64,000 bases of DNA from an uncultured Candidatus Binatia bacterium (GCA_958295985.1 OY282432.1:3928517-3992516); one strand, 5' to 3'; shown: positions 28,750-38,522, counted from the stretch's first letter. Notes: generated from the sequence alone by a model not told the origin. A program made the numbers and translations.

Positions 28750-30975
28750 TCACACGTCGATGCGGGTATCCCACAGGATCGGGTCGCCGCCCATGGAGGG
28801 GCAGAACAGGTCCACCTGCAACTGCACCTGACAGCCCGGACAACTGTACTCGTGGTACTCGCCGATGTAGGGCTCGCCGGACGGCAGGGCGTCGTCCATG
28901 TAGTCGTTCAAATCCACGATACGCCGCAGCGCGTAGTTCTTGTAGTTCTCATCGGGGCCGCAGAACACGTGGTTGCAGTGAACGCAGCGGATGGCGTGCC
29001 GGCCGTTCCGGCGGGCGATCTCCAGGCTCGCGTGGAAACGCAGCACCGAACCGTACTCGCCCGCCTGAGCCGGGTCCAGCGACGAGGTCTTGCCCGAAGG
29101 CGGCGCCCCGAGCCGTTTGCGTTCGGCGCGGATGCGCTCCCGCAGGCTCTGCGTCGCCGCGGTGTCCACGGACCCTCCGTCCCTGGCCAGGACCACGCCG
29201 TACACCTCTTCGGCGATCGTGGGGCTCAGCCAGCCCCGGGCGAAATCCCGCGCCACCCGTCCGGGGTCGCGTTCCAGCGGGTCCCCGAAACCGCCTCCGC
29301 CGGCCACGTAGTCGATGAGCAGGCTGCCCTCCGGCAACGCCACGCGCTCCGGCACGCCGTCGGGATGGACCACCCGGCCCCAGGTCCCGTCCCGCATGCC
29401 CGCGCCGTCCGGGTACTCGCCCGCCTTGACCCGGTCCAGCAGCTCCATGCCGGCCTGGACCATGTAGCGCAGCACGCTCTTGCCGGTGGGATAGCCGCCG
29501 CAGAGCCCGTAACCTCCCTGGGCCACGCCGCCATACGGCTTGTAGTCCACGGTGCAGTCCTGGGAACCGTAGATCCAGTAGACACGATAGCTGCCGAGAC
29601 CGCCGCGGTTCCGGCCGAATCCGCTCCCGTCCGGGTTGTGTCCCCGGGTGAAGTAGAGGAACGGATACTGCATCTCGATGCGTTCGATGTCGCTGATGCC
29701 GGCGGAGGGGATGTTCATGTGGCCGCCGGTGTTGACGCCGTCCCGCAACGGAGCACCGCCCATACCGGCGCCGTGGATGTCGTACAGCCCCTGGGCCACC
29801 CGGATGCCGTCCCGGGTATGACCGCCGTAGAAGTAACCGGGGCCGCCGGCGTATGCGAGGTTGCCGGTGGTGGAGGCGTTGACGTCGTCCACCCGGCCCG
29901 CGGCGTAGAGCATCTTGGAGACGCATTCGCAGATGGTGGAGACCAGCACGTTGCCCACCCGCGGCGCGGCACCGCAGGCCGCGGGATAGGTGCAGTTGAG
30001 GATCGAGCCCTCCGGGACCTTGAGGGTCACCGGCCTCATCTTGCCGTCGCTCCAGGGCACGTCCCAGAACAGCGCGTTGGTGAGCGCCAGGGCGATATGA
30101 GCCGCGGTGCTGGGAAGGGTGGAGTTGTGGTCCGTGTCGGTCTGGGGGCTGGTGCCCTCGAGGTCGAACTCCAGCTCGTCGCCCTTCTTGGTCATGGTGC
30201 AGTAGAGCTGCTGGGCCACCGCCTTGCGCGACTTGCGGTCCAGGGTGGTGACGTACTCCCGGGAAACCCAGGTGCCGTCCGGCAGCGAGCGCAGCTTGGC
30301 CCGGGCCTTGGCCTCGGAGTCCTCGATCATGCGCCGGCCGGCGGCCTCCACGAAAGCGGCGCCGAACTTGTCCACCAGCCCCAGGTACCGCTTGGCGCAG
30401 ACGTTGTTGCCGGCGATCATGGCCTTCATGTCCAGACCCACGTACTGCGGGTCCCGGCACATGCCGGTGAGGGTCCGGAACACGTCCTCGCGGAACTCGT
30501 CCTTCTCGACGATCTTGAGACCGCTGATGCAGATGCCCTCGTGGTAGATCTCCAGCGCACCCCCGCGCAGCACCCCGCCGGTGTCCGCGGTATGAGTGCT
30601 GGTAGCGGTCCACGCGATCAACTCGCCCTGGTGGAAGATGGGCTTGATGACCATCATGTCGTAGGTGTGGGAGCCGGCCACGTAGGGATCGTTGAAGAAG
30701 AACTGGTCGCCGTCGTAGAACCCGGGCGACTCCTCGAAGTACTCGATCATGTTCTTGATGGCCTGCGACGTGGCCGCCGCGAACCGGAGATGCCCCGAGC
30801 ACGCGAGCACCATGACGCCCCTGGCATCGTAGAACGAACTCATGCACTCCCCTCCCTGGGCCACGATGGGAGAGGCGGTGACGCGCTGGAGCGTCATGCG
30901 CCCTTCTTCCCCAATGGCCCAGAGCCGGTGGAAGTACATCTCGTAGCGAATGGGATCAACCGCTGTCGGTTCCAT
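28750..30975 (-). CDS. Hydantoinase B/oxoprolinase-family (HyuB / acetone-carboxylase alpha-like) subunit with a fused C-terminal AcxC-like zinc-ribbon domain
   Basis: ORF 741 aa. The HyuB core reads ...DPIRYEMYFHRLWAIGEEG...NDPYVAGSHTYDMM...GGGGFGDPLERDP.... A ~140-aa extension follows with RCVHCNHVFCG...EYHEYSCPGCQVQLQVD (two CxxC pairs). Confidence 0.85.
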   Translation of the reverse strand: MEPTAVDPIRYEMYFHRLWAIGEEGRMTLQRVTASPIVAQGGECMSSFYDARGVMVLACSGHLRFAAATSQAIKNMIEYFEESPGFYDGDQFFFNDPYVAGSHTYDMMVIKPIFHQGELIAWTATSTHTADTGGVLRGGALEIYHEGICISGLKIVEKDEFREDVFRTLTGMCRDPQYVGLDMKAMIAGNNVCAKRYLGLVDKFGAAFVEAAGRRMIEDSEAKARAKLRSLPDGTWVSREYVTTLDRKSRKAVAQQLYCTMTKKGDELEFDLEGTSPQTDTDHNSTLPSTAAHIALALTNALFWDVPWSDGKMRPVTLKVPEGSILNCTYPAACGAAPRVGNVLVSTICECVSKMLYAAGRVDDVNASTTGNLAYAGGPGYFYGGHTRDGIRVAQGLYDIHGAGMGGAPLRDGVNTGGHMNIPSAGISDIERIEMQYPFLYFTRGHNPDGSGFGRNRGGLGSYRVYWIYGSQDCTVDYKPYGGVAQGGYGLCGGYPTGKSVLRYMVQAGMELLDRVKAGEYPDGAGMRDGTWGRVVHPDGVPERVALPEGSLLIDYVAGGGGFGDPLERDPGRVARDFARGWLSPTIAEEVYGVVLARDGGSVDTAATQSLRERIRAERKRLGAPPSGKTSSLDPAQAGEYGSVLRFHASLEIARRNGRHAIRCVHCNHVFCGPDENYKNYALRRIVDLNDYMDDALPSGEPYIGEYHEYSCPGCQVQLQVDLFCPSMGGDPILWDTRIDV

Positions 30976-31043
30976 CAGTCTCTCCTGATCGATGATCGAC
31001 CTTGAATCATCATCTTCGCCGGACCGTCATTTTCCCCGGACCG

Positions 31044-33152
31044 CTAAATCTCCATCACCAGGTTCAGGTACTGATCCACGGTCACGCGGGCTTCGGGCGG
31101 CACCGGAATGGTGGTGAAGGGCAGCTCCAGGACGGCCGGACCCGCTACCTCGTTGCCCGCCTTGAGCAGCGCATCGTCGTACACCGGCGTCTCGATGAAC
31201 TTTCGCTCCGGTCGGGTGAAGTAGACGCCCCGCTTGCCCTTGACGGCCTGGGAGCCGTCGCCCTTCTCCACGGGCTGCGGCTTGAGCTCCGGCTTGGTCA
31301 CCAGACCCACCGCGTCGACCCGGATGGCGCTGATCTCGATACCGGCCTTGGTATAGCCCGCGCCCACGCCGTAGAGCTCCTCGTACTTCTTCTCGAACAT
31401 CTCCAGCAGCTCCTGCAGCCGCGCGTCCGTCAGGCGGTCCCACGGCAACGGGATCTCGACGCCGGCCGTCTGCCTGCGGTAGCGCATGGTGAAGAACCGG
31501 CGGTATTCCACCTGGTCGGCCTTGAAGCCCTCCGCGGTCATGGCCTCTCCGAGCTCCTTCTCGATGGTGTCGAGCCGCTCGTTCGGCCCGTCGGGCTGGG
31601 TCGGGAGAATGTACTGGCAGGTTATGACCCGCGTGTGGATGACGTCCGCCGAAGCCACGCCAAAGGCCGAGAACACCGGCGACGTGGGGAAGATGTAGAT
31701 CTTGTTGATGCCGAGCTCGGCGGAAAAGCCCGCGGCGTGAACCGGTCCGGCGCCGCCGAAGGCGTAGATGACGAATTCCTCCGGCAGGTGTCCGGTGCGC
31801 ACCACCTGCTGGCGGATGAGGTCGGACATCTTGCTGTTGACGATGTCATAGACCCCGGCCGCGGCTTCGACGGTGCTGAGCCCCAGCGGCTTGGCGATCT
31901 TCTCCTCCACCGCCTTCTCGGCCTTCTCCTTGTTCAGCGACTTGCGCCCGCCGAGGAAATAGTCGGGGTCGATGATGCCCAGCACCAGGTCGCAGTCGGT
32001 GACCGTGACCTCTTCGCCGCCGGCGTCGTAGCACACCGGCCCCGGGCTCGCGCCCGCGCTCTGGGGGCCCACCAGCAGCCGGCTGGTCTCGTCGTCGACC
32101 CGGGCGATGGTGCCGCCGCCGGCGCCGATGGACTGGATGTCGATGATCGGCTGCAACATGCGGAAACGCTCGACGATGGGCTCCGCGGCATAGCGCCAGT
32201 AGCCCTCGGTGATGAGGCCCACGTCGAAGCTCGTGCCGCCCATGTCCGCGGTGATGACGTTGGGGTGACCCAGGAGGCCGGCCACGTAGGCCGACGCGAT
32301 GGCGCCCCCCGCCGGTCCGGACTGGAGGTTCGACACCGGCGTGGCGTGGGTTCGGTGGGCCACGCCGCCGTTCCCCTGCATGATCAGGAACGGCCCTTCC
32401 AGGCCGCCCTCTTCGAGCTTGGTCTGGAGGCCGCCGAGATAACGGTCCACGGTGGGGCCGAGGAAGCTGTTGATGATGGCCGTGTTGGCACGCGCGTACT
32501 CACCCGCCACCTGGGCGAGTTCGCTGCCGAAGGACCAGAACACCTTGCGCGACGGGTCGGCCTCCAGGGCCAGGGCGCGCACGTCGTCTTCATGTTTGGA
32601 ATTGGCCCAGGCGTGGAGAAGACTCACGGCGATGGCTTCGCACCCCTCCTCGTCCACCAGCTTGCGGATGGCGTCCATCACGTCCTGCCGGGACAGCGGC
32701 ACCACCACCTCGCCGCGGTAGTCGATGCGCTCGCGCACCCCCAGGACCCGCTCCCTGGGCACCAGCGGCTCGGGCTTGGTGACCCAGGTGGCGTGACGGA
32801 TCTCTTCCTCGGAGAGGCCGTCCACGCGCCCGATGGCCCGCATGATCTCGGTGGTGTCCTCGAATCCCCGAGTGGTGATGAAACCGACCTTGACCCCGGT
32901 GCGGGTGATCAGCGCATTGGTGGCGACGGTGCTGCCGTGCTTGAACAGGACCGCCTGCTTCAAGATCTCGGCGCGGTCCACGTCCAGCACGCGCGCGGCT
33001 TCGGTGAGGGCGTCCATGACGCCCCGGGAGAAATCATCCGGTGTCGTCGACGCCTTGGCGGTCCACACCTCTCCGCTCGGGGACATCACCACCACGTCCG
33101 TGAAGGTCCCGCCCGTGTCGATACCGATGATGTAGTCTTTCGCTTCGGCCAT
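31044..33152 (-). CDS. Hydantoinase A/oxoprolinase-family (HyuA / acetone-carboxylase beta-like) ATP-binding subunit
   Basis: Lies inside ORF 31044..33287. ATG at 33152 follows AGGAGGAAG, giving MAEAKDYIIGIDTGGTFTDVVV..., the ASKHA phosphate-1 motif. Confidence 0.9.
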   Translation of the reverse strand: MAEAKDYIIGIDTGGTFTDVVVMSPSGEVWTAKASTTPDDFSRGVMDALTEAARVLDVDRAEILKQAVLFKHGSTVATNALITRTGVKVGFITTRGFEDTTEIMRAIGRVDGLSEEEIRHATWVTKPEPLVPRERVLGVRERIDYRGEVVVPLSRQDVMDAIRKLVDEEGCEAIAVSLLHAWANSKHEDDVRALALEADPSRKVFWSFGSELAQVAGEYARANTAIINSFLGPTVDRYLGGLQTKLEEGGLEGPFLIMQGNGGVAHRTHATPVSNLQSGPAGGAIASAYVAGLLGHPNVITADMGGTSFDVGLITEGYWRYAAEPIVERFRMLQPIIDIQSIGAGGGTIARVDDETSRLLVGPQSAGASPGPVCYDAGGEEVTVTDCDLVLGIIDPDYFLGGRKSLNKEKAEKAVEEKIAKPLGLSTVEAAAGVYDIVNSKMSDLIRQQVVRTGHLPEEFVIYAFGGAGPVHAAGFSAELGINKIYIFPTSPVFSAFGVASADVIHTRVITCQYILPTQPDGPNERLDTIEKELGEAMTAEGFKADQVEYRRFFTMRYRRQTAGVEIPLPWDRLTDARLQELLEMFEKKYEELYGVGAGYTKAGIEISAIRVDAVGLVTKPELKPQPVEKGDGSQAVKGKRGVYFTRPERKFIETPVYDDALLKAGNEVAGPAVLELPFTTIPVPPEARVTVDQYLNLVMEI

Positions 33153-33276
33153 GCCTGTTCTTCCTCCTGATTCCGAAACTTGACCCGACGGCTTCCCGGC
33201 GAGGGACACGCCTGACAGCTTGCCGTCTCCTGTGGTTTCCAATGAAGTGCCCGGCCGACTTGGCGGCGGGACTTGA

Positions 33277-33294
33277 GCGCTGAACATTCAGCGC
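33277..33294. promoter_or_regulatory. Palindrome GCGCTGAA-CA-TTCAGCGC upstream of the hyuA operon
   Basis: Read directly: 8+2+8 perfect inverted repeat, ~125 nt upstream of the hyuA ATG in a 245-nt non-coding gap. Confidence 0.35.
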
Positions 33295-33397
33295 CGCGGA
33301 TATTGCCAGAGCTGGGTTGACAGCACCGAAGATACTAGCTAGCGCGTCTGACCCGTGGATTCAAGGGATTGGACGACATGTGCCGCAACTGCGCGTG

Positions 33398-33670
33398 TCA
33401 TATTCCTCGCACCTTATAAACCTCGCGACGGTGTTTGACGACATGAGCGACAATCCGTCGGCTTGATGCCTCCAGGGTGTAGAGTACACGATAATCGCCC
33501 ACTCGAAGCCGGAACACCCCCTGCCACGGTGCCTTTAGCTCCTCGTGACGGATGGTCTCAATGTTCTCCGCCAACCACTGCAACTTGGCAAAGATGCGAC
33601 GAGCCACGGCCGAGTCCAAGCGACGGATATCCGCATCGGCCGCCGGCGTCAGGGTAATGTTGTCGCTCAC
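33398..33670 (-). CDS. relE: Type II toxin, RelE/ParE superfamily mRNA interferase
   Basis: ORF 90 aa reading ...RIFAKLQWLAENIETIRHEELKAPWQGVFRLRVGDYRVLYTLEASSRRIVAHVVKHRREVYK. There is a 4-nt overlap with the upstream small gene. Confidence 0.8.
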   Translation of the reverse strand: MSDNITLTPAADADIRRLDSAVARRIFAKLQWLAENIETIRHEELKAPWQGVFRLRVGDYRVLYTLEASSRRIVAHVVKHRREVYKVRGI

Positions 33671-33891
33671 TCGGAAAATCCGAAATCCTTAAGGAGATCG
33701 GAAAGCGGTATGGTTTTCCCTCCCGCCTGGACTTCTTTGATGGACCGCCTCAACTCCTCAGCAACATCGTCGCGTAGAACCAACCCTTGGTCGGGGTCCG
33801 CCAGCAACTCCGCCAATGATTGTGAGACGGTATCGTGAATCAGTTCTCTGAACTCCGCCACTGTCAAGTCTGCAACTGTCGGACTCATCAT
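33667..33891 (-). CDS. Putative cognate antitoxin (family not recognised)
   Basis: ORF 33667..33924, with a likely start at the MMSPTVADLTVAEFRELI... Met (33891). It is small, acidic and has an ATGA overlap with relE. The call rests on position only. Confidence 0.55.
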   Translation of the reverse strand: MMSPTVADLTVAEFRELIHDTVSQSLAELLADPDQGLVLRDDVAEELRRSIKEVQAGGKTIPLSDLLKDFGFSE

Positions 33892-34032
33892 CTCTTGTTC
33901 CCTCCTTCCCGCTCGGTTGCACAAGCTGCGAAAAGCCGCCCTCAGCGGTTAGGCGTGGGCTGTGGTGTCTCGAAGTGCTGGTAAAGGATACCTGTCATTG
34001 ACTCCCTTTTATAGTGGGCGGTAAAAGCGCCG

Positions 34033-34773
34033 TCAATTCATCACCACGCCGCCGTTGACGTTGAGCGTGTATCCGGTGATGTAGGTGTTCTCGGGGCTCA
34101 CGAGGAAATAGAAGCCTTCGGCGATGTCCTCCGGCTGGCCGGTCCGCCCCAGGGGTATCAACGGCTTCCACGCCTCGCGTGCTTCCGGGGTGGACCGCGC
34201 CAGAACCCGCGGCGTGTCCGTGGGGCCCGGCGCCACAACGTTGACGAGGATGCCGTGGGGCGCCAGCTCCTGGGCGAGGGACTTGGTGAACCCGAGGACG
34301 CCGGCCTTGGCCGCCGAGTAGGGGGTGCGCAAGGCGCAACCCGTGAGGCCGTAATTGGAGGCGGTATTGACGATGCGACCGCGCCGTTGCTCCGTCATCA
34401 GCGGAGCCACCTCGCGGCAAAAGAGGAACGTCCCTTTCAGGTTGACGTCCAGGACCTCCCGCCATTCCGCCCAGGACAGGTCCTCCACGGCTTTCGTGTG
34501 GATGGTGCCGCCGGCCAGGTTGGCAAGGATGTGGACGGCTCCGAAATCCTCGCGGACGCCCGCCACCACGTCCCTGATTTCCGCTGCGCGGGTCACGTCT
34601 ACGGAGTAGGCCCGGGCCTGCGCTCCCGCAGCGGCCAGCTCGCTCACGACCTTGTCGGCGCCCTCCCGGTCCGCATCGGCGATGGCGACGGCGATGCCCG
34701 CCCGGGCGAACCGCAACGCGACGCAACGGCCGATGCCGTTGGCGCCGCCGGATATGATGGCCACGTCGCTCAA
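34033..34773 (-). CDS. Short-chain dehydrogenase/reductase (FabG-like)
   Basis: ORF 34033..34800. TTG at 34773 follows GGAAGGAG and gives (M)SDVAIISGGANGIGRC.... The active-site Tyr/Lys region is present (NTASNYG...PYSAAKAG). Confidence 0.85.
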   Translation of the reverse strand: MSDVAIISGGANGIGRCVALRFARAGIAVAIADADREGADKVVSELAAAGAQARAYSVDVTRAAEIRDVVAGVREDFGAVHILANLAGGTIHTKAVEDLSWAEWREVLDVNLKGTFLFCREVAPLMTEQRRGRIVNTASNYGLTGCALRTPYSAAKAGVLGFTKSLAQELAPHGILVNVVAPGPTDTPRVLARSTPEAREAWKPLIPLGRTGQPEDIAEGFYFLVSPENTYITGYTLNVNGGVVMN

Positions 34774-34830
34774 CTGAGACTCCTTCCCTTGACGGCGCAC
34801 CGATGCAGGACGCCCGCGCCGGACCGCATC

Positions 34831-36213
34831 CTAAAGGAAGTCCTCCAACCGGACCCGGTCCGCGCCCATGGGTTGCAGACGCTCGAACTCGAACCGTCGC
34901 GCGGGATCGCACTCCGGCGGTTTGGTGGCGTCGATCATCACCTTGCCGCCCACACGGTGCCAGCCGGGCGCACCCGGAGCACCCACCTCCCGGCACGAGG
35001 GGTCCATGGCATGGACCTTGGCTCCCGGTATGGTGATGATGTCCTCAGCCGGATTCACCCGGGTGGAGATGGCCCACAGGACGTCGGCGTAGTTGAAGAT
35101 GTCCACGTCCTCGTCCACCGCGATGGCCACCTTGGGATGCTGGTACTCGCTCGACAGCGCCGCCATGAGTACGTTTCTGGCCTCGCCGTAGTAGCGGGCG
35201 TTCATCTGCACGACGATGCCGAAGATGCCCGGCAGCGCCAGCACGTTCTTGACCTGGGCGCCGCCGCCGACGCTCCGTATTCGGCGGAGGATCTGGGCCG
35301 ACATGGGGACCTTGTGATAGACGCAGCCCTCGACCTCGGCGCCGTTCTGGATGTTCTTGAATATGGCGTCGCCCCGCATGGTCACGGCGTTGATCCGGAA
35401 CACCGGGTTCTGTCCCGCCCCGGCCAGATAGTAGTCCTGGAACTCGCTGAAGGGGCCTTCCTCCTCGCGCACGTGGGCGAGGATCTCACCCTCCAGCACC
35501 ACTTCCGCCTGGGCCGGCACCTCCATGTCGATGGTCTCGCACTTCACCAGCTCCACTTCTTCCTGCAGCAGTCCCGAAGCGATATCGAGCTCGTCCGTAC
35601 CGTAGTCCGTCGTGGTGGCGGCGGCGAAGTAATACATGGGATGGTGGCCGATCATCACGGCCACGGGCATGCTCTCACCCTTGGTCTCGTGCTTCTGGTA
35701 GTTGGCCCAACTGTGGCGCGGGTAGAGCAGGATGCCGGTTCTGCGGGGACCCTTCAACTGGAGCCGGTGGAAGCTCATGTTGCGATGGCCCGTGTCGGGG
35801 TCCTTGGAGATCATCAAGCCGGCAGAAATGAAGGGGCCGCCGTCCCGGACGCCGCACTGGTGGATGGGCATCTTCGTGATATCCACTTCATCGCCGGTGA
35901 ACACGCGTTCCTTCACTGGACCCGTGGACACCAGGCGGGTCGCGCCGCTCTTTCCGGTCCGTGTGACGAACTCGGGCACCATCTCGTTGCGGTCGCAGCC
36001 AAAGGCCAGCGGCGCCAGCCGCACGTCGCCCGGCGCCTGCCCGAGACAACGCCAACCCGGGAACCCCGCGAGGTTGTCGAACAACAACGCGCGTTCGCCG
36101 GACTGCCGCAACAGCGCCCCCATCTGCGTCCGCGGATCCACCGGCTTGGAAATGGTGTCGAGCACGCCGGCGCCGCGCAACTGGTCGATCCAGGTGCGTA
36201 TATCCTTCTTCAT
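34831..36213 (-). CDS. UbiD-family (prenylated-FMN-dependent) reversible decarboxylase
   Basis: ORF 460 aa reading MKKDIRTWIDQL...GPFISAGLMISKDPDTGHRNMSFHRLQL...EGPFSEFQDYY.... No ubiX-like gene is present in the window. Confidence 0.9.
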   Translation of the reverse strand: MKKDIRTWIDQLRGAGVLDTISKPVDPRTQMGALLRQSGERALLFDNLAGFPGWRCLGQAPGDVRLAPLAFGCDRNEMVPEFVTRTGKSGATRLVSTGPVKERVFTGDEVDITKMPIHQCGVRDGGPFISAGLMISKDPDTGHRNMSFHRLQLKGPRRTGILLYPRHSWANYQKHETKGESMPVAVMIGHHPMYYFAAATTTDYGTDELDIASGLLQEEVELVKCETIDMEVPAQAEVVLEGEILAHVREEEGPFSEFQDYYLAGAGQNPVFRINAVTMRGDAIFKNIQNGAEVEGCVYHKVPMSAQILRRIRSVGGGAQVKNVLALPGIFGIVVQMNARYYGEARNVLMAALSSEYQHPKVAIAVDEDVDIFNYADVLWAISTRVNPAEDIITIPGAKVHAMDPSCREVGAPGAPGWHRVGGKVMIDATKPPECDPARRFEFERLQPMGADRVRLEDFL

Positions 36214-36281
36214 AACTTGTTCGCCGTTCGGAAGTCATTGCCACCCGGCGCGTGGGGCGCGCCGGGTGGCGGTCGGACAGG

Positions 36282-37385
36282 CTATTTTTTCTTGCGGGCC
36301 AGGAGCGAGGGGATGTACTCGTTCTTGAGGTAGTCCCATCCCGGCGAAGGCTGGAGCATGACCTTGACGATCTTGTCCACGTCCGTGCCGCGGATGTAGT
36401 CCAGCTTGAGCCCGAAGAGTCGCTCCCACTCCTTGATATAGGCGGGGTCGGAGTACATCTTGTCGAAGGCGGCCCGTATGGCTGCCACACGGTCCGCGGG
36501 CGTGCCCGGCGGTAACACCAACGTACGGTTCAGGGTCCGCATGGTGGGACCCGTGAGCTTGTACGCCTCCCAGGCCGGACCCGACGGAGCCTTGCCCTTT
36601 ACCTGCTTGTAGACTTCCTCGAAGGTGGGTATGTCCGTGCCCGGGGAACGGATGACCTTTCCCTCGGGGGTCAGCACGCCGCCCTGCCAGATGGCGATGG
36701 CCACACCCTCCTGGATCGGTCCGTAGTAGCGTCCGCCGGACCCGAGCACGTGATGCAGCCCGGTGCCGCCGACGTACGAGACCTCACCCGACAGGAAAGC
36801 CAAAGCCATCTGGGCGGTGCCGGGGTAACCCACCGCATAGGTGTAGCCCTTGATGCCCAACAGGTCGAGCCCGATGACGTCGTTCAGAAAAGACGGGCCG
36901 GTGATGGAACGTCCGGAAACCGCGATCTTCTTGGGATCGATCCTGGTCAGCTCGACGCCGGTCTTGACCTTGAGGAAGTCCCGGACGATGGCCGCGGAGG
37001 CGCCGCTGGTGCCGTAGACCGCCGGCATCTTGGCCAGGTCGTAGTTGGGCTTGGGATCGTTCAGGGCCTGGCTGCCCAGGTGGGATGTGCCCATGATGGA
37101 CCAGGTGAGGCCGTCCTTCCTGGCCTTGTTGGCGATATAGGCGCCATGAATGAGGCCCGCCGCTCCGGGCATGTTGATCTTGACCACCTTCTTGGGCATG
37201 CCGGGAAGGTACTTGCCGATCCACCGGCCGATGAGCCGGCCTTCGGTGTCATGCCCGCCGCCGGGCGAATATCCGGAGAGGATCTGGATCCTCTTGCCTT
37301 CGGTGAAGGCCTGCGCCGAGCCCAAGGCGAGAACCCCCAACACGGCACAAAAAATCAGAAACACGGAAACCCTGCGTATGATCAT
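36282..37385 (-). CDS. tctC: Tripartite tricarboxylate transporter substrate-binding protein (TctC/Bug family), copy 1
   Basis: ORF 367 aa with signal peptide MIIRRVSVFLIFCAVLGVLALGSAQA. The motif ILSGYSPGGGHDTEGR... is the Bug-family motif. Confidence 0.85.
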   Translation of the reverse strand: MIIRRVSVFLIFCAVLGVLALGSAQAFTEGKRIQILSGYSPGGGHDTEGRLIGRWIGKYLPGMPKKVVKINMPGAAGLIHGAYIANKARKDGLTWSIMGTSHLGSQALNDPKPNYDLAKMPAVYGTSGASAAIVRDFLKVKTGVELTRIDPKKIAVSGRSITGPSFLNDVIGLDLLGIKGYTYAVGYPGTAQMALAFLSGEVSYVGGTGLHHVLGSGGRYYGPIQEGVAIAIWQGGVLTPEGKVIRSPGTDIPTFEEVYKQVKGKAPSGPAWEAYKLTGPTMRTLNRTLVLPPGTPADRVAAIRAAFDKMYSDPAYIKEWERLFGLKLDYIRGTDVDKIVKVMLQPSPGWDYLKNEYIPSLLARKKK

Positions 37386-37436
37386 GAGATTCCTCCCTTT
37401 CGAGACGGGATGTGACGCCTTCCGCTCGCCCGGGTG

Positions 37437-38522
37437 CTACTGGGCGTTGGCAAACTTGCGAAGATGGGCCTGCCACTCGGAGGGCGCCATGGTTTCATCG
37501 CGGATCTTCTCCGCCTCTTTCGGTGTGACGAGAACCGGGGCGAGCTTCTGGCCGAAGACCCTCTCCCAATCCTTGACGAAGCCCGGGTCTTTCGCCATCT
37601 TGGCGACCCCCTCACGCAACTCCGTGACCTTGGCCGCGGCGGTGCCCGGCGGCAGCACCAGGGTCCGGGTCAGCTTGGCCATTCCGAGACCGATGGCGCG
37701 CCAGGACTCCCAGTCCACTCCGGAGGGATCCTTGCCGTGGACCTCCCTGTACACTTCCAGCAGTGTCGGCACGTCACCCTTCACGGTTTCGGAACGTGTG
37801 ATGGTCCCGTCATCCTTGAGGATGCCGCTCTGCCACATGGGGAAGACCAGTCCTCGCTTGTGCATGTCCACGAAGGCGCCGCCGCCCACCAGATGGGCAT
37901 CGCTGGCAACGAAGAAACTCGCCTCGTCGCGCTCCATGGCGGCCTTGATGGGCGAAGTGCCCCGATAGGCGCAGACCGCCTTGTAGCCCTCTACGCCCAG
38001 AAGCCGCAACGCCAACTGGCCGCGCAGGCACGAGGAACCCTGCTTGGACCGGCCCGCCAGAGCGATCCTGGACCTGTCCACCTTGGTCATGAACTCCTTG
38101 GCGTTCCTGGCGCCCAGAAAATCCCGGGTGATGTGGACCTGAATGCCGGCGACGGACCAGATGATCGGCATCTTGGAGAGATCGTACTTGACCATTTCCG
38201 GCGGCGCCAGTACCGCCTGGAGCCCGTGGCTGCTGCCGAACAGGCCGATGGTGGTTCCATCAGGCTTCGCCCGGTTGTAGACGAAGGACGACATGATCAT
38301 GCCGCCGGCCCCGGGCATGTTCTGGACGATGACTTTGGGGGTTCCGGGAAGGTACTGACCCAGGTGCCGCGCCATGATGCGGGCCTCGAGATCATGGCCG
38401 CCTCCAGGCGGATAACCGATGAGGATGGTGACATTCCGGGCCGCCTGCGCCGTCGTGACCAACCCCGCAAAGAGCAGAAGAAAGAACAGGGTACACCAAC
38501 TCGCCACTCTCGATCTCTTCAT
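37437..38522 (-). CDS. tctC: Tripartite tricarboxylate transporter substrate-binding protein (TctC/Bug family), copy 2
   Basis: ORF 361 aa with signal peptide MKRSRVASWCTLFFLLLFAGLVTTAQA and the motif ILIGYPPGGGHDLEAR.... Confidence 0.85.
   Translation of the reverse strand: MKRSRVASWCTLFFLLLFAGLVTTAQAARNVTILIGYPPGGGHDLEARIMARHLGQYLPGTPKVIVQNMPGAGGMIMSSFVYNRAKPDGTTIGLFGSSHGLQAVLAPPEMVKYDLSKMPIIWSVAGIQVHITRDFLGARNAKEFMTKVDRSRIALAGRSKQGSSCLRGQLALRLLGVEGYKAVCAYRGTSPIKAAMERDEASFFVASDAHLVGGGAFVDMHKRGLVFPMWQSGILKDDGTITRSETVKGDVPTLLEVYREVHGKDPSGVDWESWRAIGLGMAKLTRTLVLPPGTAAAKVTELREGVAKMAKDPGFVKDWERVFGQKLAPVLVTPKEAEKIRDETMAPSEWQAHLRKFANAQ

Noticed and set aside
28438-33170. Two long plus-strand ORFs (855 aa and 722 aa)
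   Set aside because: They are antisense to hyuB and hyuA, which have clear family motifs. They are low-complexity, Arg/Gly/Asp/His-rich and carry no recognisable domain.
33153-33280. Possible sigma54 promoter (GGCAC-N-TTGG) upstream of hyuA
   Set aside because: The spacing and the -12 element (TTGG instead of TTGC, 4 rather than 5 nt) do not fit TGGCAC-N5-TTGC, so the match is too weak to report.
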